A stretch of 64,000 nucleotides of DNA from contig JBKBRF010000025.1 of NCBI GenBank assembly GCA_046292385.1, forward strand, positions 1-64,000, read 5' to 3'. A program made the translations under genes and the position numbers. The notes below the pieces were generated by a model. That model saw only the letters and a list, made by a program, of their open reading frames with translations, had not been told where the DNA came from and did not search any database. Below are positions 23,196-31,914 of this stretch, one piece after another. Source of the stretch: Armatimonadota bacterium (GTDB taxonomy: Bacteria; Armatimonadota; SYMT01). The stretch's first letter is position 1. Every line of letters begins with the position of its first letter.

Positions 23196-24389
23196 GTGTT
23201 CAAGAGCTTCTTCCTCGGTGGGTTCGAGTGCGCCACCGGTTACAACTCCCGCCGGGAGTGGATCGATCAGGTGGCGGCGACGCAGCACGACCGCTTCGCG
23301 GAGCAGGACTACGAGCTCCTGCGGCGAGCCGGCATCTATGCCGCGCGCGAGAGCGTGCGGTGGCCGCTGGTGGACCAGCACGGGAAGCACGACTTCTCCA
23401 GCGTCCGCCCCTTCCTGCGCGCCGCGCAGGAGAACGGGGTGGAGGTGATCTGGGACCTGTTCCACTACGGCTACCCGGAAGGCGTCGACCTTTTCTCCGA
23501 GGAGTTCCCGCGCCGCTTTGCGGACTACTGCTACGCGGCGGCGCGGTACATCGCGGCCCGCACGGACGGCACCTGCTACTTCACGCCGGTGAACGAGCCG
23601 TCGTACTTCTCCTGGGCCGCCGGGCACGCGGGCGTCTTCGCGCCGTACGAGAAGGAGCGGGGGCTCGAGCTGAAGATCGCGCTGATCCGCGCCGCGATCC
23701 AGGGCATCGACGCGATCCGCGGCGCCTGCCCCGGCGCCCGCATCGTGAACGTCGATCCGATCTGCCACGTCGCCCCTCCGCTCGGCCGGGAGGACCTCCA
23801 GCCCGAGGCGGACGACTTCAACCACCGGTGCGTGATGCAAAGCTGGGACATGCTCGCCGGCCGCCTCTATCCGGAGCTCGGCGGCAGCCCGGAGCACCTC
23901 GACATCGTCGGCGTCAACTACTACTGGACCAACCAGTGGGAGCTGAACCAGCCCGGCAAGCAGATCCGGGAGGGCGATCCGCGCTACCTCCCGCTCCACC
24001 GGCTGCTGCTGCGCGTGTGGGAGCGGTACGGCCACGAGATCCTGATCACGGAGACGGCGCACCGGGACGACGAGCGCCCGGTCTGGATGCGGCAGCTGGC
24101 CCGTGAGTGCGAGCGGACGCTCGATGCCGGGGTCCCGCTGCGCGGCGCCTGCCTCTATCCGATCCTGGGGATGCCGGAGTGGCACGACCAGGAGGAGTGG
24201 ACCCGCATGGGCCTCTGGGACCTGATCCCGCACTGCGAGACCGGCCACCTGGAGCGGATCCCCTACCGCCCCATGGCCAGGGAGCTGCAGGAAGCCCGCC
24301 GCCTCGACCACCGCCTGCATCATCGCCTGGAGGAGCAGGAGGCGCTGGACGAGCTGGAGGCGGAAGAACGAGAAGCGGTCGCCGTCTAA
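23196..24389 (+). CDS. Glycoside hydrolase family 1-like protein (second)
   Basis: FKSFFLGGFECAT, WDLFHYG, TPVNEPS, GVNYY, LITET, CLYP; GTG start. Confidence 0.85.
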   Translation: MFKSFFLGGFECATGYNSRREWIDQVAATQHDRFAEQDYELLRRAGIYAARESVRWPLVDQHGKHDFSSVRPFLRAAQENGVEVIWDLFHYGYPEGVDLFSEEFPRRFADYCYAAARYIAARTDGTCYFTPVNEPSYFSWAAGHAGVFAPYEKERGLELKIALIRAAIQGIDAIRGACPGARIVNVDPICHVAPPLGREDLQPEADDFNHRCVMQSWDMLAGRLYPELGGSPEHLDIVGVNYYWTNQWELNQPGKQIREGDPRYLPLHRLLLRVWERYGHEILITETAHRDDERPVWMRQLARECERTLDAGVPLRGACLYPILGMPEWHDQEEWTRMGLWDLIPHCETGHLERIPYRPMARELQEARRLDHRLHHRLEEQEALDELEAEEREAVAV

Positions 24390-24404
24390 GTCGAACCGGT
24401 TCCC

Positions 24405-25469
24405 ATGGCAGCAGAGACCGTTCTCATCACCGGCGCGGGCGGGCGGATCGGGAGGCTGCTGGCGGAGCGGCTCTCCGAGCGGTACCGGATCGCCGGGTTC
24501 GTCCACGGCGATCCGGACTGCCCCGGTGGCTTCGCGGTCTGTGCCGGCGTGGAGTTGGACCAGCCGGAAAGCGTGGAGGCAGCGCTGGAGCAGGTGCGCG
24601 CTGCCTCGGGAGAGCACCTCGCCTCGGTGGTCCACCTGGCCGGCTACTACAGCTTCCGGGACCCGGACGACCCCCGGCACGAGGCGGTCAACCTTCACGG
24701 GACCGAGTCGCTCCTCCGCGGGCTGCGGCGCTTCCAGGTGGGGCAGCTCCTCTTCGCCAGCACGATGCTGGTCCACTCGCCGTGCGAGCCGGGGGAGCGG
24801 ATCCGGGAGGACTCTCCGCTGGCGTGGGAGACCGGCTGGGGCTATCCCCGCACCAAGCTCCAGGCGGAGCAGCTCCTGCGGCGGGAGCACGGCGCGGTCC
24901 CCCTCGTCCTCGCCCGCATCGCCTCCGTCTACGACGAGCTCTGCCGCCATCCCGCCCTGGCGCGGCAGCTCCAGCGGATCTACGAGCGGGACCTGACCGG
25001 CCACCTCTATCCGGCCGACCCGGACCGCGGGATGACCTATCTCCACATGGAGGACCTGCTCGACGCGCTGGTCCGGATCGTCGACCGGCGGGCCGAGCTG
25101 CCCCCGGAAGCCGCGCTGCTGCTGGGCGAGGACGAGCCGGTGCCGTACGGCGAGATCCAGCGCGAGGCGGGTCGCCTGCTCCACGGCAAAGAGTGGGAGA
25201 CGATCCCGGTCCCCGCGGCGGCGGCGAAAGCGGGCGCGTGGCTGCAGGAGAAGCTGGCGCCGGCGGACGACCCGCCGTTCATCCGCCCATGGATGATCGA
25301 CCGCGCCGCGGACCACTACGCGCTCGACACCACCCGCGCCAAGCAGCTTCTCGACTGGGCCCCGCGCCACACCCTGCGGGAGACGCTCCCCACGATGCTG
25401 GAAGCGCTCCGGCGGGACCCCGACGCCTGGTACGAAGCGAACGGCCTCGAGCTGCGGGAATCGGACTGA
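24405..25469 (+). CDS. NAD-dependent epimerase/dehydratase
   Basis: LITGAGGRIG, VVHLAGYY, YPRTK (YxxxK). Confidence 0.88.
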   Translation: MAAETVLITGAGGRIGRLLAERLSERYRIAGFVHGDPDCPGGFAVCAGVELDQPESVEAALEQVRAASGEHLASVVHLAGYYSFRDPDDPRHEAVNLHGTESLLRGLRRFQVGQLLFASTMLVHSPCEPGERIREDSPLAWETGWGYPRTKLQAEQLLRREHGAVPLVLARIASVYDELCRHPALARQLQRIYERDLTGHLYPADPDRGMTYLHMEDLLDALVRIVDRRAELPPEAALLLGEDEPVPYGEIQREAGRLLHGKEWETIPVPAAAAKAGAWLQEKLAPADDPPFIRPWMIDRAADHYALDTTRAKQLLDWAPRHTLRETLPTMLEALRRDPDAWYEANGLELRESD

Positions 25470-25550
25470 GTGGGCGAATGGGAGAGTGGGAGAGTGGGCG
25501 GCGGCCTCGCGAGACGCTTCTCCCACTCTCCCTTCTGGCCCGCTCTCCCC
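25468..25550. repeat. Hairpin element with 8-mer arms (GAGTGGGA / TCCCACTC)
   Basis: GAGTGGGC GAATGGGA GAGTGGGA GAGTGGGC ... TCTCCCACTCTCCCTTCT..CCCGCTCTCCCC. Confidence 0.75.
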
Positions 25551-25583
25551 GGCCCGGTCGGCCAGCGGCAGCCAGCCCGTGGT

Positions 25584-26540
25584 TTAGCGGATGGAGCGCG
25601 GCTGGTCCAGCACCATCGAGTTGGAGAGGGCGTCTCCGAACAGCTTCAGGTCCTTGAAGCTCCAGACTACCTTCTTGTCCCGCGTCACCTCGATGATCTG
25701 CGGGTTCTGCGGGCCGGCATGGCAGTTGCCGAAGACGATGTTTCCGTTCGGGAGCACCTGGAGGGTGGTGACCCAGGCGAGGGTGATGCCGGGCAGATCG
25801 TTCTGGTTCAGGCTCCAGACGATCTGCTTGTCCGGCGTCACCTCCAGGATGCTGTGCCCGTTGCCGGTGGAAACGAGGGTGTTGCCGTTCGGCAGCCGCA
25901 CCGCCGCGAAGACCTGGTTGCCCCACGCCTCCGGTCCGTGCCCGCCGCGCGGCTCCTTGCCGAAGAGCGGCACCGCGTACTCCCACACCACGGCGCCGTC
26001 CGGGCCGTACTCCCGCACCGCGCCGTCCCGCTCGTGGGCCACCAGGTAGTTGCCGCTCCGCAGCTTGCGGGCCAGGCGGGTGTCGGAGTGGCTGTTCGGG
26101 TTCTCGACCTTCAGCTTGAGCTCCTTGAGCACCTTGCCGTCCCGGTCGACTTCCAGGATGCGCGCCGGGCCGGACTCGACCACCATGGTCACCCCGTCCC
26201 GGAGCCGCTGGAACGCGTGGACTTCCACCTTCCGCCCTTCGTTTCCGTTCATGCGGCCCGCGTCGTACTCCCAGACCTTCTGACCGGTCCGGGGATCGAC
26301 CTCGAGCAGTTGGGTGAAGGAGCTCTGGAAGAGCACGTTCCCGTTCCGCAGCAGGTGGAGGTCGTGGATGTCCCGCACCGGATGCTCCCACGCTACGGAG
26401 CCGTCGTCCGCCAGCATCGCGATCCGCTTCGTGCTGTAGTCCGCCGCCAGCAGCCGCCGGCCCGGGTCTTCCGCAGCGCCGCTCCCGCAGGTCACCGCCG
26501 CCGTCAGCGCCGCAGCGAGTATCCAGATCCAGTTCCGCAC
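25584..26540 (-). CDS. Secreted beta-propeller protein (PQQ/arylsulfotransferase-like repeats)
   Basis: Signal peptide, repeated L.NGN.L and VWEY motifs; AGGAGG RBS before GTG. Confidence 0.8.
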   Translation of the reverse strand: MRNWIWILAAALTAAVTCGSGAAEDPGRRLLAADYSTKRIAMLADDGSVAWEHPVRDIHDLHLLRNGNVLFQSSFTQLLEVDPRTGQKVWEYDAGRMNGNEGRKVEVHAFQRLRDGVTMVVESGPARILEVDRDGKVLKELKLKVENPNSHSDTRLARKLRSGNYLVAHERDGAVREYGPDGAVVWEYAVPLFGKEPRGGHGPEAWGNQVFAAVRLPNGNTLVSTGNGHSILEVTPDKQIVWSLNQNDLPGITLAWVTTLQVLPNGNIVFGNCHAGPQNPQIIEVTRDKKVVWSFKDLKLFGDALSNSMVLDQPRSIR

Positions 26541-26737
26541 AGGCCCTCCTCGATTCGATCCCAATCGCGTCTCACTCCAGGTTCTCGCCCGTGGATCGGC
26601 GTTCCTTGCAGCACTTCCGCGCGCAACCCGCTCAGTTCTGTGAACTATTTGCGTAACCTATAGGGGTCATTCTGGGGAGACTGACGTAACTGGTCCCACC
26701 GGACCAGTGTGACCCACCGTCTGGAGACGGAGGCCCT

Positions 26738-28375
26738 ATGGAGCCAAATCGTTCACGGCTCGAGACGCTCTTTCGTCATGCGGCCCTGGCGTGCGCGGCG
26801 ATCACGGTCCTCTTCGGGGGGATCGTACTGCTCGGGTGGGCGCTGGACGTCTCACCCCTCACCCGCCTCTCGCCGGTATTCCCTGCCGTCGTACCGCTCG
26901 TCGCCGTGGGATTCGTCCTGGCGGGCACCGCGCTGGCGCTGCTGGTTCAGGAGCCGGTAACCCGCGCGCGACGCGCCGCTGCGACCGCCACGGCAGCCCT
27001 GGCCCTCTTGATCGGACTGGGGGCCGCGTTTGAGAACGCCAGCGGTTTCAGCCTCGGCATCGACGGACTGTTCTTCGCGAGAACACTCGCCGGTCTACCC
27101 ACGGCCAATCCGGGCCGCCCGGGCCTCGAGTCGTCGATCTCCTTCGTACTCCTGGGGGCCTCGTTGGTGGCTCTCCCCTGGGTGCCGGCCCGCCGCCAGC
27201 GCTGGATCCAGTACCTGGTGCTGGCCGTCGGCACGCTCTCGTTCCTGCGCCTGGTGGCGTATGTCTACGGCACCGTGCACCCGGATACGAATATCGACGG
27301 GACGCCGGGCTCCTCACCGCTCCATACGATCCTCGCCTTCGTCATCCTGAGCCTGGGCGTATTGATGGCCCGCCCGAGCGCCGGCTTCCTCAAGCTGCTC
27401 TGCGCGCCGACCGAAGGCGGGCGGGTCGCTCGCCTGCTGCTGCCCGCGGCGCTGGCGCTGCCGGTGCTGCTCGGCTTCATTCGCGTTGAGGGCCAGATGC
27501 TCGGGATCTACTCGCTTCCCACCGGCTCCGCCCTCGCGGCCGTGCTCAACGTCGTCGCGCTCTCCGGCCTGGTCTGGTGGACCGCGCGCGTCCTCCATCG
27601 CAACGATCAGCAGCGCTCCACCCTGGAGGCCGAGCGAGGCCGCCTGCTGAAGAGCGAGCAGCACAAGAGCGAGCAGCTCGGGCTCGCTATCCGGGAGGCG
27701 CACCACCGGATCAAGAACAATCTCCAGTCGATTACCGATCTCCTCTCCCTGGAGCTGATGTCCGCGGAGGCGGCGCCGGCCCAGGGGGTGCTTCGGGATA
27801 CGATCGACCGGGTGCAGGCGATCGCCACGGTGCACGACCTCCTCTCCCAGGAGGAAGATCTCCGGTTCGTGAACCTCCGGGACGTCGTGGAGAGGGTCGT
27901 GCCGGTGGTGCTGCGAAGCCACGGGCTGACGGAGCAGGCGGTGACCACCCGCGTGGACGTGGACGAGCTCCAGGTTCCGTCTCGCGCAGCCACGACGCTT
28001 GCGCTGCTCCTGAACGAGCTGACGAGCAACTGCGCCAAGCACGCCTTCCGCGCGCGTGGTCACGGGCTGCTGGAGATCCGCCTGCGGCGCCTCGGCGGCG
28101 AGATCGAGCTGTCGGTGGGGGATGATGGACCGGGGCTTCCCCCCGACTTCCTGCTCTCCCGAGACGCCGACGTAGGGCTGCAGATCGTCCAGACGCTGGC
28201 CGAATCGACCCTGGGCGGCACCATGCGCCTCGTCTCGAACGACGGTCTCCGCGTCGAGGTGCGCTTCCCGGAGCCGGTGCACGATCCCGACCGGGCCCGA
28301 ACGGCAGCCTTTGAGGCGGGATCGGCCCGCGCGCCCGGAGGGCCGGCGTACACCCAGCCGCTTACGAGGGTCTGA
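26738..28375 (+). CDS. Membrane sensor histidine kinase (HisKA_2 type)
   Basis: Multiple TM helices; REAHHRIKNNLQ H-box, NELTSNCAKHAF, DDGPG. Confidence 0.92.
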   Translation: MEPNRSRLETLFRHAALACAAITVLFGGIVLLGWALDVSPLTRLSPVFPAVVPLVAVGFVLAGTALALLVQEPVTRARRAAATATAALALLIGLGAAFENASGFSLGIDGLFFARTLAGLPTANPGRPGLESSISFVLLGASLVALPWVPARRQRWIQYLVLAVGTLSFLRLVAYVYGTVHPDTNIDGTPGSSPLHTILAFVILSLGVLMARPSAGFLKLLCAPTEGGRVARLLLPAALALPVLLGFIRVEGQMLGIYSLPTGSALAAVLNVVALSGLVWWTARVLHRNDQQRSTLEAERGRLLKSEQHKSEQLGLAIREAHHRIKNNLQSITDLLSLELMSAEAAPAQGVLRDTIDRVQAIATVHDLLSQEEDLRFVNLRDVVERVVPVVLRSHGLTEQAVTTRVDVDELQVPSRAATTLALLLNELTSNCAKHAFRARGHGLLEIRLRRLGGEIELSVGDDGPGLPPDFLLSRDADVGLQIVQTLAESTLGGTMRLVSNDGLRVEVRFPEPVHDPDRARTAAFEAGSARAPGGPAYTQPLTRV

Positions 28376-29018
28376 GGCGCGCCAGCACCGGCGCGACGAT
28401 GCTCTCGTAACAGGTGGGACAGATACTGTGGCTCAGCCGCACGCGGTCCGTTCCGCCGCGCGCGTAGTACTGCTCGGGGGAAAGCCATTCCCCCTCCCGG
28501 CTCCCCGGCGGGAAGCGCACGTTTTTGCAGTAGCTGCAGGCTCCGAGCAGGGGCCACTCGGACGTGTCTTCGGCGTGACGGTAGAGAATGCCCACCGGCG
28601 GCCGCGGCGTGTCTTCGAGGACGACGCTCTGGTAGAGCAGCGCCACCACCGCCCCTTCGCGCAGGACCGGCCGGATCCACATCCGCATCCTGCGCCGCCG
28701 GTCCGGCGCGTCGCACTGGTAGAGATAGCTCACCTCCTCCTGAATCCCCCGCACGAGAGAGTCGGCCGCCGCCTGGTGTGCTTGCCGCTCTTCTTCACCG
28801 GCGATGAAGGCCGAGAGGGGCCGTCCGAGCACCATCCCGGGCTGGGTGAGCTCCGGAGCGCCGTTCTCCAGCGCGAAACGGTTCCAGTGACGGCTTCCGT
28901 AAGCAAGGAGGAGCCCGTCCCGCGAGACGAGGTAACAGGTGCCTTCCAGCGTATCGAGCAGCTCCTGGAAGGAGATCGGCACGGAGATCTGGAGTGAGTC
29001 AGCCAGGGTCGACGACAT
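28362..29018 (-). CDS. Hypothetical PAS-like protein with C-terminal Cys/His zinc-binding motif
   Basis: WNRFALENG, YQCDAP.RRR; CSYCK...W...E.Y...LSHSICPTC. Confidence 0.7.
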   Translation of the reverse strand: MSSTLADSLQISVPISFQELLDTLEGTCYLVSRDGLLLAYGSRHWNRFALENGAPELTQPGMVLGRPLSAFIAGEEERQAHQAAADSLVRGIQEEVSYLYQCDAPDRRRRMRMWIRPVLREGAVVALLYQSVVLEDTPRPPVGILYRHAEDTSEWPLLGACSYCKNVRFPPGSREGEWLSPEQYYARGGTDRVRLSHSICPTCYESIVAPVLARLRPS

Positions 29019-29135
29019 CAGATCCTGTCCTGGATTCTCGGCTTGGCGTCTGAAGTATTCCCCATCTCCACTGTGGTTCGACCTGCAGGGAAAAAGCTGC
29101 ATCCGGCGGGGTGGGAACGTCTCTCAAGAGGGCGT

Positions 29136-31682
29136 ATGCGCAGCACGAAACGGGTAAACCAGACGCTTGTCCTCGCGATCGGCACGGCGGTGCTCGGCGG
29201 GTGCGCGGTGCTCGCGGGCGCCGCGGAGACGCGGAAGCCGGCGAGTCAGCCCGCCGTCGAGGCGGTCGACTTCAACCGCGACGTGCGGCCGATCCTCTCC
29301 GCGAAGTGCTTCGCGTGCCACGGGCCGGACGAAGGCTCTCGCGCCGCCGGGCTGCGGCTCGACCTGCGGGACGAGGCGGTGAAGCTCCGGGGCGCCGCGC
29401 GCGCCGTCTGGCCCGGCAACCCCGCGAAGAGCCGGATCTACGCGCGCATCACGGAGAAGACTCCCGCCCGGAAAATGCCGCCGCCCAGCTCCGGGCATTC
29501 CCTCTCCGCCGCCGAGACGGCCACGCTCCGCCGCTGGATCGAGCAGGGCGCGCCCTACGCGGAGCACTGGTCGTTCCGCCGCCTGCGCCGGCCGCCGGTG
29601 CCGGCGGTCAGCGGCTCGAAGTGGGTGCGCAGCCCGATCGACGCCTTCGTGCTCCAGCGCCTGCAGCTGGCCGGCCTGAAGCCGTCCCCGGAGGCGGATC
29701 GCTACACGCTGATCCGGCGCGTCTCGCTCGACCTGACCGGTCTCCCGCCCACGCCGGAAGAGGTGGAGGCGTTCGTCGCCGACCGGTCGCCGGACGCCTA
29801 CGAGAAGCTGGTCGACCGCCTCCTCGCCTCCCCCCATTACGGAGAGCGCTGGGCGCGGATGTGGCTCGACCTGGCCCGCTATGCGGACTCCGCCGGCTAC
29901 GGGTCGGATCCGCTCCGCCCGAACATCTGGCCCTATCGCGACTGGGTGATCGACGCCTTCAACCGGAACCTGCCGTACGACCGCTTCACCATCGAGCAGC
30001 TCGCCGGCGACCTTCTGCCGAACCCGTCTCGAGAGCAGCTGGTCGCCACCGCCTTCCATCGGAACACGATGACGAACACGGAGGGCGGGACCGACGACGA
30101 AGAGTTCCGCGTCGCCGCCGTCAAGGACCGGATCGCGACCACGTCGCAGGTCTGGATGGGGCTCACGATGGGCTGTGCCCAGTGCCACACGCACAAGTTC
30201 GACCCGATCTCGCACCAGGACTACTACCGGTTCTTCGCGCTCTTCAACCAGACGGAGGATGCCGACCGCCCGGACGAGGCGCCGACCCTGCCGCTGCCCA
30301 CTCCGGAGCAGGAGGCGCAGCGGCAGAAGCTGGAGGCGGAGATCGCCTCCCTCAAGTCCCAGGCGCAATCCGAAGAGCAGAAGAAGCTGCTGGAGCAGAA
30401 GCAGAAGGAGCTGGCGGCGATCCAGCCGGTCGCCGTCCCCGTGCTCCGGGAGCTGCCGGCGGAGAAGCACCGGGCCACCCGGCTGCTGATCAAGGGCAAC
30501 TTCCTCGATCCCGGTGAAGAGGTGAAGCCGGCGATTCCCGCATCCTTCCCCCCGCTGCCGAAGGGAGCGCCGCTGAACCGCCTGGGGGTGGCGCAGTGGC
30601 TGGTGGCGCCGGAGAACCCGCTCACCGCCCGCGTGGCGGTCAACCGCTTCTGGGCCCAGCTCTTCGGCACCGGCATCGTGGAGACGGAAGAAGACTTCGG
30701 CACCCAGGGCGCACTCCCGAGTCACCGGGAATTGCTCGACTGGCTCGCCTCTGAGTTTTCGGGAGTTGGCACTCCTCCCGTTCTCGACGGAGAGACAGAG
30801 GGACGGCGCGACGGAGAGAGCCGTGACCGCAGGGCAGGGTCAGCTCCGGGGCAGGCAGGGGTTCGGAATCCCTCTCACCCTCAGTCTCTCCGTCTCTCGG
30901 TCGCGAGCGGTCCAGCGGACGCAGCGTCTCGGAAGTGGAACGTCAAGACTCTCTTGAAGCGGATCGTTACGTCTGCAACCTACCGGCAGTCGGCGCGTGT
31001 CACCCCGGAGCTGCTGGAGAAGGACCCGCGCAACCGGCTGCTCTCGCGGTACCCGCGGCGGCGGCTCGACGCGGAAGGGGTGCGCGACCAGGCCCTCGCC
31101 CTCTCCGGGCTGCTCTCCCGCAAGATCGGCGGTCCCTCGGTCTACCCGCCGCAGCCGGAGGGCCTCTGGCGCGCCGCCTTCAACGGGGAGCGTACCTGGC
31201 CCACCAGCACGGGCGAGGACCGCTATCGCCGCGGCCTCTATACCTTCTGGCGGCGGACCGTCCCCTACCCGAGCATGGCGACCTTCGACGCGCCGAGCCG
31301 GGAGATCTGCACCGTCCGCCGCATCCCGACCAACACGCCGCTCCAGGCGCTGGTGACGCTGAACGATCCCGCGTACGTGGAGATGGCGCAGGCGCTCGGC
31401 CGGCGGCTGGTCCGGGAAGGCGGCGCCACGCCAGCACAGCGCGCCCGCTACGGTCTCCGGCTCGCCCTGGCGCGCCCGGTGGCGGAGGCCCAGGTGACCG
31501 CGCTGGTGGAGCTCTACCGGCAGGAGCTGGAGCACTACCGCACGCGGCCCGAGGAGGCGAAGAAGCTCGCCACCGACCCCCTCGGCCCGGTGCCGGAAGG
31601 CGCCGACCCTGCCGAGCTGGCGGCCTGGACCGTAGTCGCCAACGTGCTGCTAAACCTGGACGGCATCCTCACCCGCAACTGA
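29136..31682 (+). CDS. Planctomycete cytochrome c + DUF1549 + DUF1553 (PSD1) protein, with in-frame insert
   Basis: DFNRDVRPILS.KCFACHGPD, WLDLARYADS, CAQCHTHKFDP, NPLTARVAVNR, TNTPLQALVTLND. Confidence 0.93.
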   Translation: MRSTKRVNQTLVLAIGTAVLGGCAVLAGAAETRKPASQPAVEAVDFNRDVRPILSAKCFACHGPDEGSRAAGLRLDLRDEAVKLRGAARAVWPGNPAKSRIYARITEKTPARKMPPPSSGHSLSAAETATLRRWIEQGAPYAEHWSFRRLRRPPVPAVSGSKWVRSPIDAFVLQRLQLAGLKPSPEADRYTLIRRVSLDLTGLPPTPEEVEAFVADRSPDAYEKLVDRLLASPHYGERWARMWLDLARYADSAGYGSDPLRPNIWPYRDWVIDAFNRNLPYDRFTIEQLAGDLLPNPSREQLVATAFHRNTMTNTEGGTDDEEFRVAAVKDRIATTSQVWMGLTMGCAQCHTHKFDPISHQDYYRFFALFNQTEDADRPDEAPTLPLPTPEQEAQRQKLEAEIASLKSQAQSEEQKKLLEQKQKELAAIQPVAVPVLRELPAEKHRATRLLIKGNFLDPGEEVKPAIPASFPPLPKGAPLNRLGVAQWLVAPENPLTARVAVNRFWAQLFGTGIVETEEDFGTQGALPSHRELLDWLASEFSGVGTPPVLDGETEGRRDGESRDRRAGSAPGQAGVRNPSHPQSLRLSVASGPADAASRKWNVKTLLKRIVTSATYRQSARVTPELLEKDPRNRLLSRYPRRRLDAEGVRDQALALSGLLSRKIGGPSVYPPQPEGLWRAAFNGERTWPTSTGEDRYRRGLYTFWRRTVPYPSMATFDAPSREICTVRRIPTNTPLQALVTLNDPAYVEMAQALGRRLVREGGATPAQRARYGLRLALARPVAEAQVTALVELYRQELEHYRTRPEEAKKLATDPLGPVPEGADPAELAAWTVVANVLLNLDGILTRN
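30786..30905 (+). repeat. In-frame palindromic element with 8-mer arms, homologous to 17824-17943
   Basis: GACGGAGA GACAGAGG GACGGCGC GACGGAGA ... CCTCAGTC TCTCCGTC TCTCGGTC. Confidence 0.85.
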
Positions 31683-31693
31683 CGCTAGCTCAA

Positions 31694-31891
31694 GTGTAAG
31701 AAAGGGGATAAGGGGATGAGTTGGAGATAAGGGGGATGTTCAGGATGACCCCGCTTCACGTTAGAAGCAGCATCCCCGCAGCATCACCTTGCGAAGGCAG
31801 TGAGGTCGCACTCTCAATCGCCAGAGGCAAAGCCTAGAGCTGGTTTCCATCCCCATATCCCCCCTTATCTCCCTATCCCCTTTTCTTACAC
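31694..31891. repeat. MITE-like palindromic element, ~198 bp, GGGGATAAG-type repeat arms
   Basis: GTGTAAGAAAGGGGATAAGGGGATG..GGAGATAAGGGGGATG / CATATCCCCCCTTATCTCCCTATCCCCTTTTCTTACAC; lower GC. Confidence 0.8.
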
Positions 31892-31914
31892 ATCAGCCGG
31901 ATGACGAAGGTACT

